NCBI RefSeq assembly: GCF_006345805.1
Contig: NC_042998.1
Location: 51,150,001-51,214,000 of the forward strand
DNA: 64,000 nucleotides
Source: Octopus sinensis
Lineage: Eukaryota
Reading direction: 5' to 3'
This document shows, piece by piece, positions 1 to 12,419 of the stretch. Numbering within the stretch: the stretch's first letter is position 1; the number at the start of each line of letters is the position of its first letter. Made by a program: the position numbers and the translations under genes. The notes under the pieces are model-generated. The model did no database searches. It saw only the letters and a program-made list of their open reading frames with translations, and was not told the origin of the DNA.

Positions 1-54
1 TATATATGCACACATGCACACAAACATACATACATATATACATACATACATACA

Positions 55-85
<31 letters not shown>

Positions 86-619
86 GTATGTGTGTACATA
101 CATCATCATCATCATCTTTTAATAGCCACTTTTCTATGCTTGCATGGGTCATACAAGGTTTATTTGAGGCATATCTTCTACAGCTGGATGCTCTTCCTGT
201 CGACAATCCTCACCTGTTTCCACATGGCCAGACATGTTCTCACAGAATATTGGAAATCAATGACATTGCTTGTATGACAGTGACACTCATTTACAACTAC
301 CATGTGATGTCAAGAAAAGACACAAACACACACACACACACACACATACACACATGCACATGCATGAACATACACATGCATGCACATACACACACATGCA
401 CACACTCACATAGATATATATGTAATTATCTCCCTCTCTCTCTTTCCCTCTTTCTCTCTCTCTGTTAACCCATCTCTGATCCTTGCCACTATCACCACGT
501 CTCTAGCAGCCTTAACTTTATCACTCATGCCTCAAACATTCATGTCTCTATCGCTGCACAATATGCATTCAATTGTTCATTGAAATAAGAACACGCATAC
601 ACACACACACACATACACA

Positions 620-660
<41 letters not shown>

Positions 661-903
661 ACACACACATACAGTATTCCCTCACCCTGTTGCAGTTCAC
701 CTGGCACACACTCAGTACATCGCAGATTTTTCTGGCTAATATATGTAAATTTATATCACGGACTCCTCAGTATATCCGGGTCTCTGTAATCAACAGGTAT
801 TTATATTTTTTTTAGATTTTAATTATTTCTGTGTGAGGTTTAGGAACATAACACCTGCAATAGTCAAGGGATTACTATGTATATATATATATATATATAT
901 ATA

Positions 904-1292
904 CTAGCAGTATCGCCCGGCGTTGCTCGGGTTTGTTTCGACCCTTTAGAATTGGAATTTTTGAAAAGTAAAAATTTTGCACTATGTAGCTTGTTATTCT
1001 CTTTAAGTGAACATTTTTCTGGTTGAAATATACCGAAAAATGGCGACACAGCAGTCAAAAAATCGTAAAAAATAGGGATTTTCATAGAAAAAAACACTTT
1101 TTTGATGTAAATAATTTTTGGTGTTAACATGGTCCAATTTGAATTTTATCTTCTACGGAATGAAGAGCAAGCCTTCTGCTATCATACTCTCAATTTTGGT
1201 CAACTTGCATCGCGGGGTCTCAGAGGAGATAGTGTTAGTTGAAGGCTACCAAACCTGCCACACACAGACAACTTCATTTTTATATATACAGA
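904..1292 (-). mobile_element. Non-autonomous Helitron (389 bp)
   Basis: Minus strand starts A|TCTGTATATATAAAA and ends with hairpin CCCGAGCAACGCCGGG, 8 nt, then CTAG|T. Inserted in an AT dinucleotide within (TA)n, with no TSD. Confidence 0.8.
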
Positions 1293-1664
1293 TATATATA
1301 TATATATATATAAAGAAACATTGGTTATAGAACAAACATTAAATTTGGCTCAACGACTTTACATACAACACCACCCCTCAAACATTTAATCATATATAAA
1401 TATCACCATGGTTCCCTAACACATAAAAAATAATACATATGCATAAAATCACAGAAGGTAAAAATATATAATTGAATAAAATACAAATAGAACAGCCTAT
1501 CAAAAATGTTAAATATAAACGGCTAAAAATTCCCAAAAAACCTAATAGACAAATATAAAATAAGTAAAGGTAAAATAAAATAATATAAAATAAAATAAAA
1601 TAAATATCCACCGACTAAAAAAGTTTTATCAGACAGTTAAAATATTAAAATTTTTTTTTTTAAA

Positions 1665-2369
1665 CATGCAGTATTGCTTGGTATTCATGCCAGAAGTTCC
1701 AGAATGAACATTTTAGAATGTTTGAGTATCAATCTGAAGATGGTTTAAACTGAGGATGTGTTCCAAGCGAGATAAAAATCAAACATCCAGTCAACATCAT
1801 GGTGTTTGGAGTGATCACTAGTGATGGCAACGTTATGCCTCTATTCATCTTCCCACACAGCCTCACACTCAACACAGAGGCCTAACTCAAGTGCCTGGGG
1901 GAGATAGTGCTGCCCTGGGTCAAGAGGGTGGCTGCTGGAACACTCTATGTCTGGCAACAGGACTCTGCACCATGTCACACAAGCAGGAGAACCCAGTCAT
2001 GGCTGTCAAACAATTTCTGTGACTAAATCACCCCTAACATCTGGCCATTTAACTCCCCAGACTACAATCTCTTTGATTATTATGTGTGGGGTGCAATTGA
2101 GCGACAGACCAACAAAACCTCTTATAACACCAAAGATGAACTGAAGGCAAAGACTATGGCAGCATTCACCAACTTAAACAAGGAGACCATCCAGAAGAGT
2201 TGCAGGAGATTCTGAAGGCCATGATTGAAGTCAATGACGATTTCATTGAATAAATTCACTCTTTAGTATTTCAAGATATTTTTATGTAATTTTGGTAAAT
2301 ATATCTGTTAAAACGAGATGTCAGTGTTATTTTCATTTCTGCATAATTCTGATAAATCACTGCACCATG
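1665..2369 (+). mobile_element. maT/ITmD37D transposon relic (copy 1)
   Basis: Translates to MVFGVITSDG...VWQQDSAPCHTSRRTQSWL...IWPFNSPDYNLFDYYVWG with stops. Homologous to 40958-41786 and 45526-46392. Confidence 0.8.
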
Positions 2370-2483
2370 CATGCATGCATGCATGCATGCATGTATGTAT
2401 GTATGTATGTATGTATGTATGTATGTATGTATGTATGTATGTATGTATGTATGTATGTATGTATGTATGTATGTATGTATGTA
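2367..2483. repeat. (TGCA)n(TGTA)n microsatellite, representative of dozens of TA/CA/TACA/GA tracts (e.g. 5520-5740, 18935-19033, 30650-30846, 43366-43772, 48240-48450, 60472-60795)
   Basis: Direct inspection. Confidence 0.95.
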
Positions 2484-3389
2484 TTGGGTCATTCCATAAA
2501 TAATGCAGTTTTCTCAACTGCATGAACTAAAAGTCAGAGGGTACTAGATAAGCTACCTGCATCAACTTGCTACAAAACAGGTAATAATTTTACCTATTTC
2601 TAATTCTTAGTGCAAGTTTTGAAGAGTGCAGTTCGATTTTAACAATTATTTTTTCAGAGCTATAATGGAAGTGACAAAGGAACATATTCAACATATTTAA
2701 TTTTATAAGTTCAATAAAAGCAACAATGCAACGGAAAATGTGAGGAATGTTGATGCAGTATATAGGGATCAGACAATAAGCGTAAGCCAGTATCAACGGT
2801 GGTTCCAGAAATTCTGAGCTGGAAACTACAGCCTAGAAGACAAGCCTCATCCTGGAAGATCTGTAGAGCTCACACCCTGGTGGAAAAAAATCTCATCGTA
2901 ACTGTTGAGGAACTAGCAGAGAAGCTTGGTATTGGTCATTCAACCAGTCATTCAAGTCAACGCAAGAAGGAAAACGACCATCTTTGGTTTCAAGATGAAA
3001 GGTGTTCTTCCATCAGGATAATGCTCAGCCACATACACCAAGGATGACATTCTAAAGGCTGAAGCAGTTCGAATGGGAAACGATGTCCTACCCACCATAT
3101 TCACCAGGCATTGCCCCAACTGATTATCATTTACTCCAAAGTCTTCAAAATCATTTGGACAGAAAAAATATGAATTCTGTAGAAGAGGTCAGAACAGTAC
3201 TGGAGGAGTATTTTTCATCATGGACAAGGGAATTTTGGAAGAGAGGCCTTGCAAGTCTACCAGATAGATGGAAGAGTATTGTAGAAAATGGAAGAGAGTA
3301 TATTTCAGATTAAAAAACAAATTTGTTTATCTTAACTTTGAAAAACAAAAGAAGTATAAAAAAGCCGCATTATTTATGAGATGACCCAA
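2484..3389 (+). mobile_element. Internally deleted mariner (DD34D)
   Basis: TA-TTGGGTCATTCCATAAATAATGC ... GCATTATTTATGAGATGACCCAA-TA. HQDNAQPH...YSPGIAPTDYHL has 34-residue spacing. Confidence 0.9.
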
Positions 3390-3406
3390 TATATATATAT
3401 ATAAAT

Positions 3407-3720
3407 GTGGAGGTGCAATGGCCAAGTGGTTAGGGCAGCAGACTCGCGGTTGTAGAATCGTGGTTTCGATTCTCGGACCGGGCGTTCTGTGTGTTTATTG
3501 AGCGAAAACACCTGAAAAGCTCCACCAAGCTCCGGCAGGGGTTGGTGACGATCCCTGCTGTATTCTTTCACCACAACTTTCTCTCACTCTTTCTTCTGTT
3601 GGCCTGCTCGCTTAGCCAGCAGGGTGGCATTATTTGGAGGCTAAAACAATGCGAAGCGCATTGTGACCAGCGATGTGTAGAAACATCTGATAACCTGGTC
3701 GGTCACGGTGATCACGGTGA
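3407..3720 (+). mobile_element. tRNA-derived SINE, head D plus tail 1 (tail-only copy at about 4594-4704 on minus)
   Basis: TGGCCAAGTGG A-box and GTTTCGATTC B-box. The head is shared with 15766-16149. Confidence 0.85.
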
Positions 3721-3732
3721 TATATATAAATA

Positions 3733-3882
3733 TGCATCAAAACAGTTTGGTTCAAATTGGTTGGTACTCTTCAGTTTCAAATGTCAGCCATTTTCAATTT
3801 TCAAATTGAAAATGGCTGATGACTGGCAACATAATTGAAACTCAGGAGTACCAACAAATTTGAATCAAGCTGTTTTGATCCA
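3733..3882. mobile_element. 150-bp palindromic TA-flanked MITE
   Basis: Imperfect TIRs of about 47 bp plus an internal hairpin TCAGCCATTTTCAATTT/AAATTGAAAATGGCTGA. TA on both sides. Confidence 0.7.
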
Positions 3883-4199
3883 TACATGTAACTCCCAATA
3901 AATTGGTTGAGTGCCCTTCTTTCATTTGTCCACGTAAAAAGCACCATCCGATCATGGCCGTTTGCCAGCCTCATCTGGCAACTGTGCCGGTGGCACGTAA
4001 AAAGCACCCACTACACTCACGGAGTGGTTGGCATTAGGAAGGGCATCCAGCTGTAGAAACACTGCCAGATCAGACTGGGCCTGGTGCAATCTTCTGGCTT
4101 CCCAGACCCCAGTTGAACCGTCCAACCCATGCTAGCATGGAAAGCGGATGTTAAACAATGATGATGATGTGTCTGTGTGTGTGTGTGTGTGTGTGTATG

Positions 4200-4231
<32 letters not shown>

Positions 4232-4239
4232 ATATATAT

Positions 4240-4580
4240 AAAACAATTGCAGTGTGGAAGGTGTTAAAAAGTCATTTAAGAAACACACAAAAACCATTAG
4301 ATTCACTTCAACTTTTAAATTTAATTTGTTAAAATATTTTTGTCACATTAAGACCGTGACCTGTTCACTGACAAATTTCTGAGATGCAGCACAGAATTTT
4401 GTCAGTGAACAGGTCGCGGTCTCAAAGTGAAGAAAATATTTTGACAAATTAAATGTTGAAGTGAATCTAATGGTTTTTGTGTGCTTCTTAAATGGCTTAT
4501 AAACACCTTCCACGCTGCAATTGTTTTCGTTCCAGTACACGATCTCAGATCAGGTCACCTGCTAAGCAAGTACATCTCCA
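4240..4580. mobile_element. PLE-like fold-back insertion (arms about 4240-4381 and 4392-4527)
   Basis: Imperfect inverted repeat of about 140 bp with a 10-nt spacer. The right arm extends further. Flanked by (TA)n. Confidence 0.7.
4398..4448 (+). ncRNA. Non-canonical hammerhead-like motif (G3-C8 core); mirror copy at about 4325-4375 on minus
   Basis: UUUGUCA-GUGAACA-G-GUCGC..GUGAA-GAAA-AUAU-UU|UGACAAA. The mirror copy has GUCAC..GUGAC for stem II. Stem I is 7 bp and stem III is the palindrome AAUAUU. Confidence 0.45.
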
Positions 4581-4825
4581 TAATATATATATATCACATG
4601 ACCGACCAAGCTATCAGATGTTGCTACACATCGCTGGTCACAATGCACTTTGCATCGTTTTAGCCTTCAAATGATGCCACCCCGCTGGCTAAGCGAGCAG
4701 GCCATATATATAATATATATATATATATATAATATATATATATATATATAATATATAAATTCAGGGTGAATACCTGATAAATGTAAGTAGCTGTATATGC
4801 CAGCTAGTAGCATAGGTGAGAGGAT

Positions 4826-4991
4826 ATATGTATCAAAAGAAATAAAATGAAAAACACGACACAAAGGATGTCGCGGTACATATGTTTCGAGCTTTATAGA
4901 ACCACTTATTCTTACATCTATAAAGCTCGAAACATATGTACCGCGAAATCCTTTGTGTCCTGTTTTCCATTTTATTTCTTTTGATACATAT
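4826..4991. mobile_element. PLE-like fold-back (arms about 75 bp, 16-nt loop)
   Basis: Near-perfect inverted repeat. Each arm carries GCTC-GAAA-CATATG-TA, the 3' half of a hammerhead. Confidence 0.65.
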
Positions 4992-5564
4992 TTATATATA
5001 TATGTACATATATATGTATGTATGTATATTTGTGTGTTGAGTGTGTGTTTGTTTTGTGTCTCCTAGTCTTGACATCACATGATAGTTGTAAATGAGTGTT
5101 ACTGTCACAGAAACTGCGTCGTTCATTCTCAATGTTCTTCAAGAACATGTCTGGCCACGGAGAAAACATAATCTTGTTTGAAAACAGGCGAGGCTTAGCA
5201 ACAAGAAGAGATTCTGGTCACAGAAAGTCCATTTCAAATAAATTCCGTTCAACCCATGCAAGTATGGAAAAGTGGATATTAGATGATGATGATGATGACC
5301 ATGATGATGATGTTGAATGGGTACATAAATAGCAACCTCAACCAAATACTTGTCATGAAGAATGGCACCGGAAAGAGTAAGTATTGATCTCTAAAGCTTG
5401 AGTATGTATTTAAAGTTAAATTAAGCATGATGGCCTAATATTTAAATTTTGGCATTATCAGTATAATAGCTTGGTTTTTGCAAAAAACTTCACATTAACA
5501 TATTATCGACTTGATATAGATATATGCATACATACATATACATATATATATATATATGTATATA

Positions 5565-5620
<56 letters not shown>

Positions 5621-5653
5621 CATATAATATATGTAATATATATGTAATATGTA

Positions 5654-5697
<44 letters not shown>

Positions 5698-6742
5698 GAT
5701 ATGTATGTGTGTATATATATATAATATATATATATATATGAATGGCATCTAAGAAAAAAAGATACGTCTTTCATGCATTGTGTTTGTAATAAATTTAAAT
5801 TTAAAAGCCTATAAAGTATTTTTCTTTATTTTTTTCTTTTAATTCTTAGTGGTTCTTTTGATTGCTGAAAAAATAAAGAAACACATCAGAGCTGCTATAA
5901 TATATGATAATTTTCTGTGACTCATGCAACATTGTGTGTGTGTGTGTGTGTATACATAAGGTATGTTTATATATGTATGTCTTTCTCTATATGTATGTGT
6001 ATATATATGTGTGTGTGCATGCATGTGTGAGTGTTTGTGTGTGTGTTTGCATGTGTGTGTTGACTGTTAAATGAAGAGAATGAATGATTAATAGCAACAA
6101 TTTTTTTCTTTCAAATCCCACAGTGTGACACCTTGAGCAAGTGTCTGCTACTAAAACCACAGGCTGACCAATGCCTTAGAAGTGAATTTGCTAGATGGAA
6201 ACTGTGTGGAAGACCATTGTATACATTGTGTACTGTGTAGTAGAAAGATTGCATCCCAACCACATGGGTCCAGTTTCACTTCCACTGAATGGCAATTTGG
6301 ACAAGCGTCTTCTACTATAAACTCAGGCCAACCAAAGCTTTGTGAATGCATTTAGTGGACAAAAACTGAAAGAAGCCCATTGTATATATATATGTATCTA
6401 TGTGTATGTGTCTTTGTATTTGTGTTTGTCCCCTATTGCTGCTTGACAACCAATGTTGGTGCATTTACGCCCCCATAACTTAGTGGTTTGGAAAAAAAGA
6501 CCAACAGAAGAAGTACCAAACTTGAAAACAAATGTACAGAAAGCTAAAATGATGATTTGATGAGCTGTTACTATATGGACTGATAGTTGAATCCATAGAA
6601 AAATCTTACTATGATAGCTACATGATTCCCTAAATACACATCTCATACTACCTATTTATATATATATACATATATTCGCCATGTTGGAGAACTGAATTCA
6701 ACACATCTTTTTCATTCCCTCTCTATATATTTCTTCTTATTC

Positions 6743-6778
6743 CTTTCTGTTGAAGAGCATAGGCTCGAAACATAAAAG
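6743..6778 (+). ncRNA. Decayed minimal hammerhead in a PLE-like fragment (about 6730-6865)
   Basis: CUUU-CUGUUGA-A-GAGC-AUAG-GCUC-GAAA-CA-UA|AAAG. A homologous copy lies on minus at 12420-12455. Confidence 0.45.
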
Positions 6779-6879
6779 TCTTCTCTATTTTTCCTGAGCG
6801 TCAAACTAATACACTTGCTTGTTGTTCCTACACCTGTCTTCGTCTTTGTTTTTCTATAAATTTGAAATATGTATATATC

Positions 6880-7460
6880 ATCATCATCATCAAAGTATTT
6901 TGATGCTTGGCATTGTTCTTTTTTTTTTATTCAAAAAATTTCAGCCTCTTGAGATTATTCTTCATCATTTCATCCATGACTTCCTTAATCTTCTTCTTCC
7001 ATAGTTTCGATTTACTTACAGCACTTGGTGCTTCATTATTTCAGTACTCAGCATACAGCTGACATCTTCTAGATGTGTCATATGCTTATATCAATAAAGT
7101 ATCTCTTTTGCACACTGCATCCAAATTCCTTTCATAATCAGTTCTCTCAGCTCATATGTGTTCCATCATTCAATGACACTAACAATATGCAACCAGGGAG
7201 CATGCTCATCTCATATCTTTTCAGTCTTTGCAAACTCTTTGCATAGAAACCCACATCTCACTATAATCCTAAATTGCACTTTGTACACAAGGTTCATATA
7301 ATATTTCCTTCACTTGAAAAAAGGAAACCTTTTAACAGAAATAATTGCTCCCTGAACATTCTTCACCTCTTTCTTAATCTAATAACTATAATTTTGGAAC
7401 ATCTTCCTCTAGAACCAAACAGGAGACCAAGGCAACAAAAACTATCAACTACTTCAAGCA
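6880..7460 (-). mobile_element. Decayed RTE LINE 3' part
   Basis: LEVVDSFCCLG motif at about 7425-7460 on minus and a (GAT)n tail near 6880. Confidence 0.55.
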
Positions 7461-7462
7461 TA

Positions 7463-8310
7463 CATAGTCTGATCAACAAGTATCCGGACTGTTGCTATAG
7501 TAACAAAACTAAAGCACAGAGAGTGAAGCCTCTTAACACAGATTAACCTTGAACTCTGCTATGCATGCACACTAAGTTCTAACATTCTAGCTCACTCCTG
7601 CTATTTTTACAGCAGTGCTTGGAAGGAAAGTATGTAGCATGTGATTGTCACATTGACCATGGCACAGAAAGTTGAGCAGAGAATCTGCATCAAATTTTGC
7701 CAAAAGCTTGGTGACACCTACTCAGAGGTCTATGCAAAGTTTTCAAAATGTTTTCATTGTTCTCAACACAATCAAAATCTTGTGCAAATGAAACCCGAGT
7801 GTCATTTTGGTCAGCTGAAAGCAGTTTTGGCACAAGCTTGGCAGACACACGTCTCATACCCAAATCTTCAGTGATAATGGACTGAACTGAGTTTTAGCGA
7901 ATCTTCACACCCTCTGATAACTCATGGATGGTGATTCGATGATTTCCCTTCACAGATGCATGCACATCTGCAATGTTTTTCTCAGTTCTGCTGGATGCAG
8001 CTCTCTCAGAACATTCAACATTTATCAGCATTTTTTCGGCCATCTTGGAAATGTCTGAACCACTCATACACTTGTGTATGGCTCATACACTCCTCTCCAT
8101 ACACTTTCTGCAACTTTGCATAGGCCTCTGAGAAGGTATCTCTGTCATGGTCAATGCGACAATCACATGCTACACACCTTCCTTCCAAGCACTGCTGTAA
8201 ACAGCAGAAGTGAGTTAGAACATTAAAACTTAGTGCGCAAGCAGCTTTACTCTGCATGCTTTAGCTTCATGACTATGGCAACAGTTCAGACACTTATTGA
8301 TCAGACCTTG
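7463..8310. mobile_element. Mariner-derived non-autonomous element made of two inverted 5' ends (copy 1)
   Basis: TA-flanked with inverted ends of about 200 bp. N-terminal transposase pieces occur on both strands (EQRICIKFCQKLG on plus; AYAKLQKVYGEECMSHTQVYEWFRHF on minus). Confidence 0.85.
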
Positions 8311-8699
8311 TAAACATATATAATAATTCCAGTGAAATAAATCCACTGATCACAAAAAATAGAAATATTACATTTCTAAATATCTCAGAGAGATATAGGC
8401 AGTGGTGGTATGATAGAGCAGTTGTATACTATCAACTTAACGTGACACTCCCATAAAGGGAATCACACCACTGCTATTTAGTCCTAGGAAGCATCAACAC
8501 TTTATTTCACCAGCACTCTATTAGTTAACTATTCCTGTATAGCTGTATCTATCTCACATGAAGTTTACCTTCTCAGGTAGGCTGCTTGTGAGCCACGAGT
8601 AGAAGAGCATACAAGAGGATTTTCAAGCCTTGTGCAATCAATTAAAAAACTATATATACATGTGTGTGGGGGGGGGGGTTGAACCAAAACTTAAAACTA

Positions 8700-9900
8700 C
8701 ATGAAAATTTGTTTATAGTTATAAAATGAAATGTGAGTTTCATCAATCTGGGAAGGAAAGTACAAGAACTAATCAATGAGATGTAAAGATATTCTTGGAA
8801 TGTTAGAAGAACTGCTGAAAAAAGATGTACAAAATGGGGAGAATTTATGGCAGATAATAGGCATAAAATATGGTTTAGCAGCTGAAAAAAAAAACAAAGG
8901 TGTAGAAATGGTACATAAAAATAGCTGAAAGTCAGTAATACATATTACACTGAATTCTAGCAGAATATACCCAATAAGACTGACAGCCAAGTCATACAAC
9001 ATCATAATCATCCAGATTTATGCTCCAACCATCACTTACAATGATGAAGAAATGGAGAAATTCTACTGAGATCTAGAAACAAAAAATGACATGCAAAGCA
9101 AAGAAAACATACTTATAATTCAAGATGCTACACTGCAATGATTGGATTAGATATTTGTGATACTTGGAAAGGAATACTCAATAAATTTGACTTGTAAAAA
9201 TAAAACTTGTAAAAGGAAACCAGGATTATTAGAATTTGCAAAACAACACAAACTAATTATAGAAAATATACCAGCAGAAACTGTCATGAACAATAACATG
9301 GTATTCACCTTGAGGAATATATAAAGCAGATTGATTTTATTACCATCTCACCAAAATATATCAATGGAAGATAAAGGGACAAAAATATACTGATAGAACA
9401 TAAATACGGCTAAAACTCAAATTTTTCCAGGTATAGATATAAGCAATTATTGCTAACTTTTTTTTTTTATAATGACATTATAAGTTAAGCTCAAATCAGT
9501 CATGAAGAAATGAATGCAAGGATAAAATTTTATCTTGAAAAATTTTTAGACCTGAACACAGCAAAAGAATTTAAATCAGAGACAACAAGGAATCAAATCT
9601 ATGCAATTTTTATAAGATGCTAATGTTCAAGAATTAACAGGAGCCTTTGTAGAAATAATAATGACAACCACCAAAATTCTTAAAAAGAGAAAAAAAAGGA
9701 AATCAAGAACTCTTGGATAAATAGAGCTATTTCAGTCAGTTGTGATGAAGGAAAAGACCTGCAACAGAAATGATATAAAAAAAAAACCCAAAAAGTATAG
9801 AACGAATATAAGAAAGCAAAAATAAGAAGTAAAGTAGCCAAAGATATGAGGAAGTATGGAGATGTCAGATATCAAATAATTCAATTCAAGCACACCAAAT
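8700..9900 (+). mobile_element. Highly decayed RTE LINE (APE endonuclease region)
   Basis: NIIIIQIYAPTITYNDEEMEKFY at about 8998-9066, with many stops. Confidence 0.75.
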
Positions 9901-10667
9901 ATTTACAGAGTTAATCAAACTAAGGACATTGATATAAAAATATATACACCTACATATGAATATGATACACCCCTCATAATATTCATAATCCAGAGAAGCA
10001 AACCCAGAGTTACCCATCAGGAGAATTACAGCAGGATTGCTAATACCAAGTGATCATTGATGTTTATTACTACTTGATACAGTTAGCCATAAACTGGAAT
10101 ATACCTGAGAGCATTTACAGTACTCACATGGATAATTTATCCCTATATACTCACCTTACCTATATATATATATAATGCAATAGGGTGCATTAAAACGTTT
10201 GGACAGATAGCTGATACAAAGGCGGACAAGAGAAATAACAATTAGAAGTACAGGCAAAAAAAGACGGGTCATTCTTGGCTGTCTTTCATCAGTCAAATCC
10301 CAGAAGTCATGACCATTTTGGGCAGCTACATTTCAGATGGTTCGATCTAGTTGCCTCCAAAAAAGTCTAAGATAAGAGCATTAGACCTCTTTGTAAGAAA
10401 GCTAGCAAATGTGTATGGCAACAAAGACAAAAAAACAATTAAACAAAAAAATGGAGAACATGGTACACAATTACGAATACAAACAAGAAATAACAACAGG
10501 CATCTTTCGACTGAGAATGATTCAAATTGAGCTGGTGGGTATGAAGTGAAAGACTAAAGGCAAGAACATGGGAGATGGACACAAGAGGTGTTGATGGTCA
10601 GCAGTTAGGCCAAGAAAGAAAGATCATGACTGGCACACACACACACACACACACATATACATATATA

Positions 10668-10992
10668 CATGGTCTGATCGATAAGTATCTGGACTGTTGC
10701 CATAGTAACGAAGCTAAAGCAAGCAGAGTGAAGTCGATTGGCACAGAATGACCTTGAAATCTGCTATGCATGCGCACTAAATTTTTATGGTCTAGCTCAC
10801 TTCTCTTGTTTACAGCAGTGCTTCGAAGGAAGGTACGTAGTGTGTGCTCATCGCATTGACTATGACAAAAAGTTGAGCGGAGAATCTGCATCAAATTTTG
10901 CTAAAAGCTTGGCAACACCTGCTCAAAGGCCTACGCAAAGTTTTCATAAAGTTTTCGCCCCAGCATGGCCACAGCTCATAAGCTGAAACTAG

Positions 10993-11023
<31 letters not shown>

Positions 11024-11612
11024 ATCGATACAATCAAGATCTTGAGCAAATAAAACCCAAATGGCTCTTTGGTCAGCTGAAAGTAGTTTGGGCACAAACT
11101 TAGCAGACATGGGTCTCATACCCAAGTCTTCAGTGATAATGGACTGAACTGTAACTAATCTGCACATTCTCTAATAACTCACGAATGGTAATTTGATGAT
11201 TTTCTCTCATAGCTGCACACACATCTGCAATGTTTTTTTCAGTTCTGCTGGTTGCAGGTCTCCCAGAACATTCAACATTTATCATCATTTTTTCAGCCAT
11301 CTTGGAAATGTCTAAATCACTCATACACATGTGTGTGGCTCATACACTCCTCTCCATACACTTTCTGCAACTTTGCATAGGCCTCTGAGCAGCTACCCCA
11401 TGACAACTTTCTCTATCATTGTCAATGCAACAATCCCATGCTACACACCTTCCTTCTGAGCACTACTGTAAAAAACAAAATGAGCTAGAACATTAAAACT
11501 TAGTGCACATGCACAGCAGAGTTCAAGGTCAACCTTTGCTAAGCAGCTCCACTCTGCATGCTTTAGCTTCATTACTATGGCAACAGTCTGGATACTTACT
11601 GATCAGACCTCA
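10668..11612. mobile_element. Same two-5'-end mariner derivative (copy 2) with a 64-bp retro-tail insertion
   Basis: Colinear with 7463-8310 except for an extra segment 10957-11020 (gccccagcatggccacagctcataagctgaaac plus (AATC)n). Confidence 0.85.
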
Positions 11613-11777
11613 TGTGTGTGTGTGTATATATATATATATGTATGTATCTCTCTCTCTCTCTCTCTTTATATATATATATATATAAAGATATCTATATCAA
11701 AACACACACAGTCAGCAGATGAGAGGGAAATAAGTTCAGTATAAAGAACATATAGTGGAGCTTGAATGAACTTCAGC

Positions 11778-11827
11778 TTAAACTTTCACTTCTTCATCTA
11801 GAGCAAAGCCAACAGCATCAAGGGTGG
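11778..11827 (-). CDS. Terminal coding exon of the same gene: (A)TLDAVGFALDEEVKV*
   Basis: Acceptor gggtttctcttatAG|CC. The phase-1 G of the 13197 exon plus CC gives Ala, followed by 15 codons and TAA at 11780-11778. Phases match exactly. Confidence 0.7.
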
Positions 11828-12419
11828 CTATAAGAGAAACCCAAATCAAGCTGATATGGGGGTAATGATGTAGATAAACACAGCTAATCTTTGTACGTAT
11901 GTATTTATGTATACATACATACATACATACATACATACATACATACATAAATACATACCATACATATATTAGGTGCAGGAGTGGCTGTGTGGTAAGTAGC
12001 TTGCTTACCAACCACATGGTTCTGGGTTCATGCGGTTAGGAAGCAAGAGCTGATCAACAAATGAGGAGTATTAGCTAAATCTACTTCATGCTACCTTCTT
12101 ATCCCTTTTGATTATACCCCACTTGAGACTGCTCCTGCAGTGGCTTTATTTAGAATTTTCCATCAAAATTTCATGCTAGTTTATGTTCCAAACACCAGCC
12201 AAATAACAACAGAATTATTTTACTAAATTCTTCATCATTGCCAGAATTAATTGAAACAAAGACAATGTTCAAGAGAAATATGGCAACAAAAGAGTTAAAA
12301 AAAGAAGGACAGGACACACAGAATAAACTAGTTCTGAGTACAAAAACCAAAAGACTGAGACAGGTGAGGGAACAACAAACAAGGTGTATTAGTTTGACAC
12401 TCAGGAAGAAAGGAAAAGT

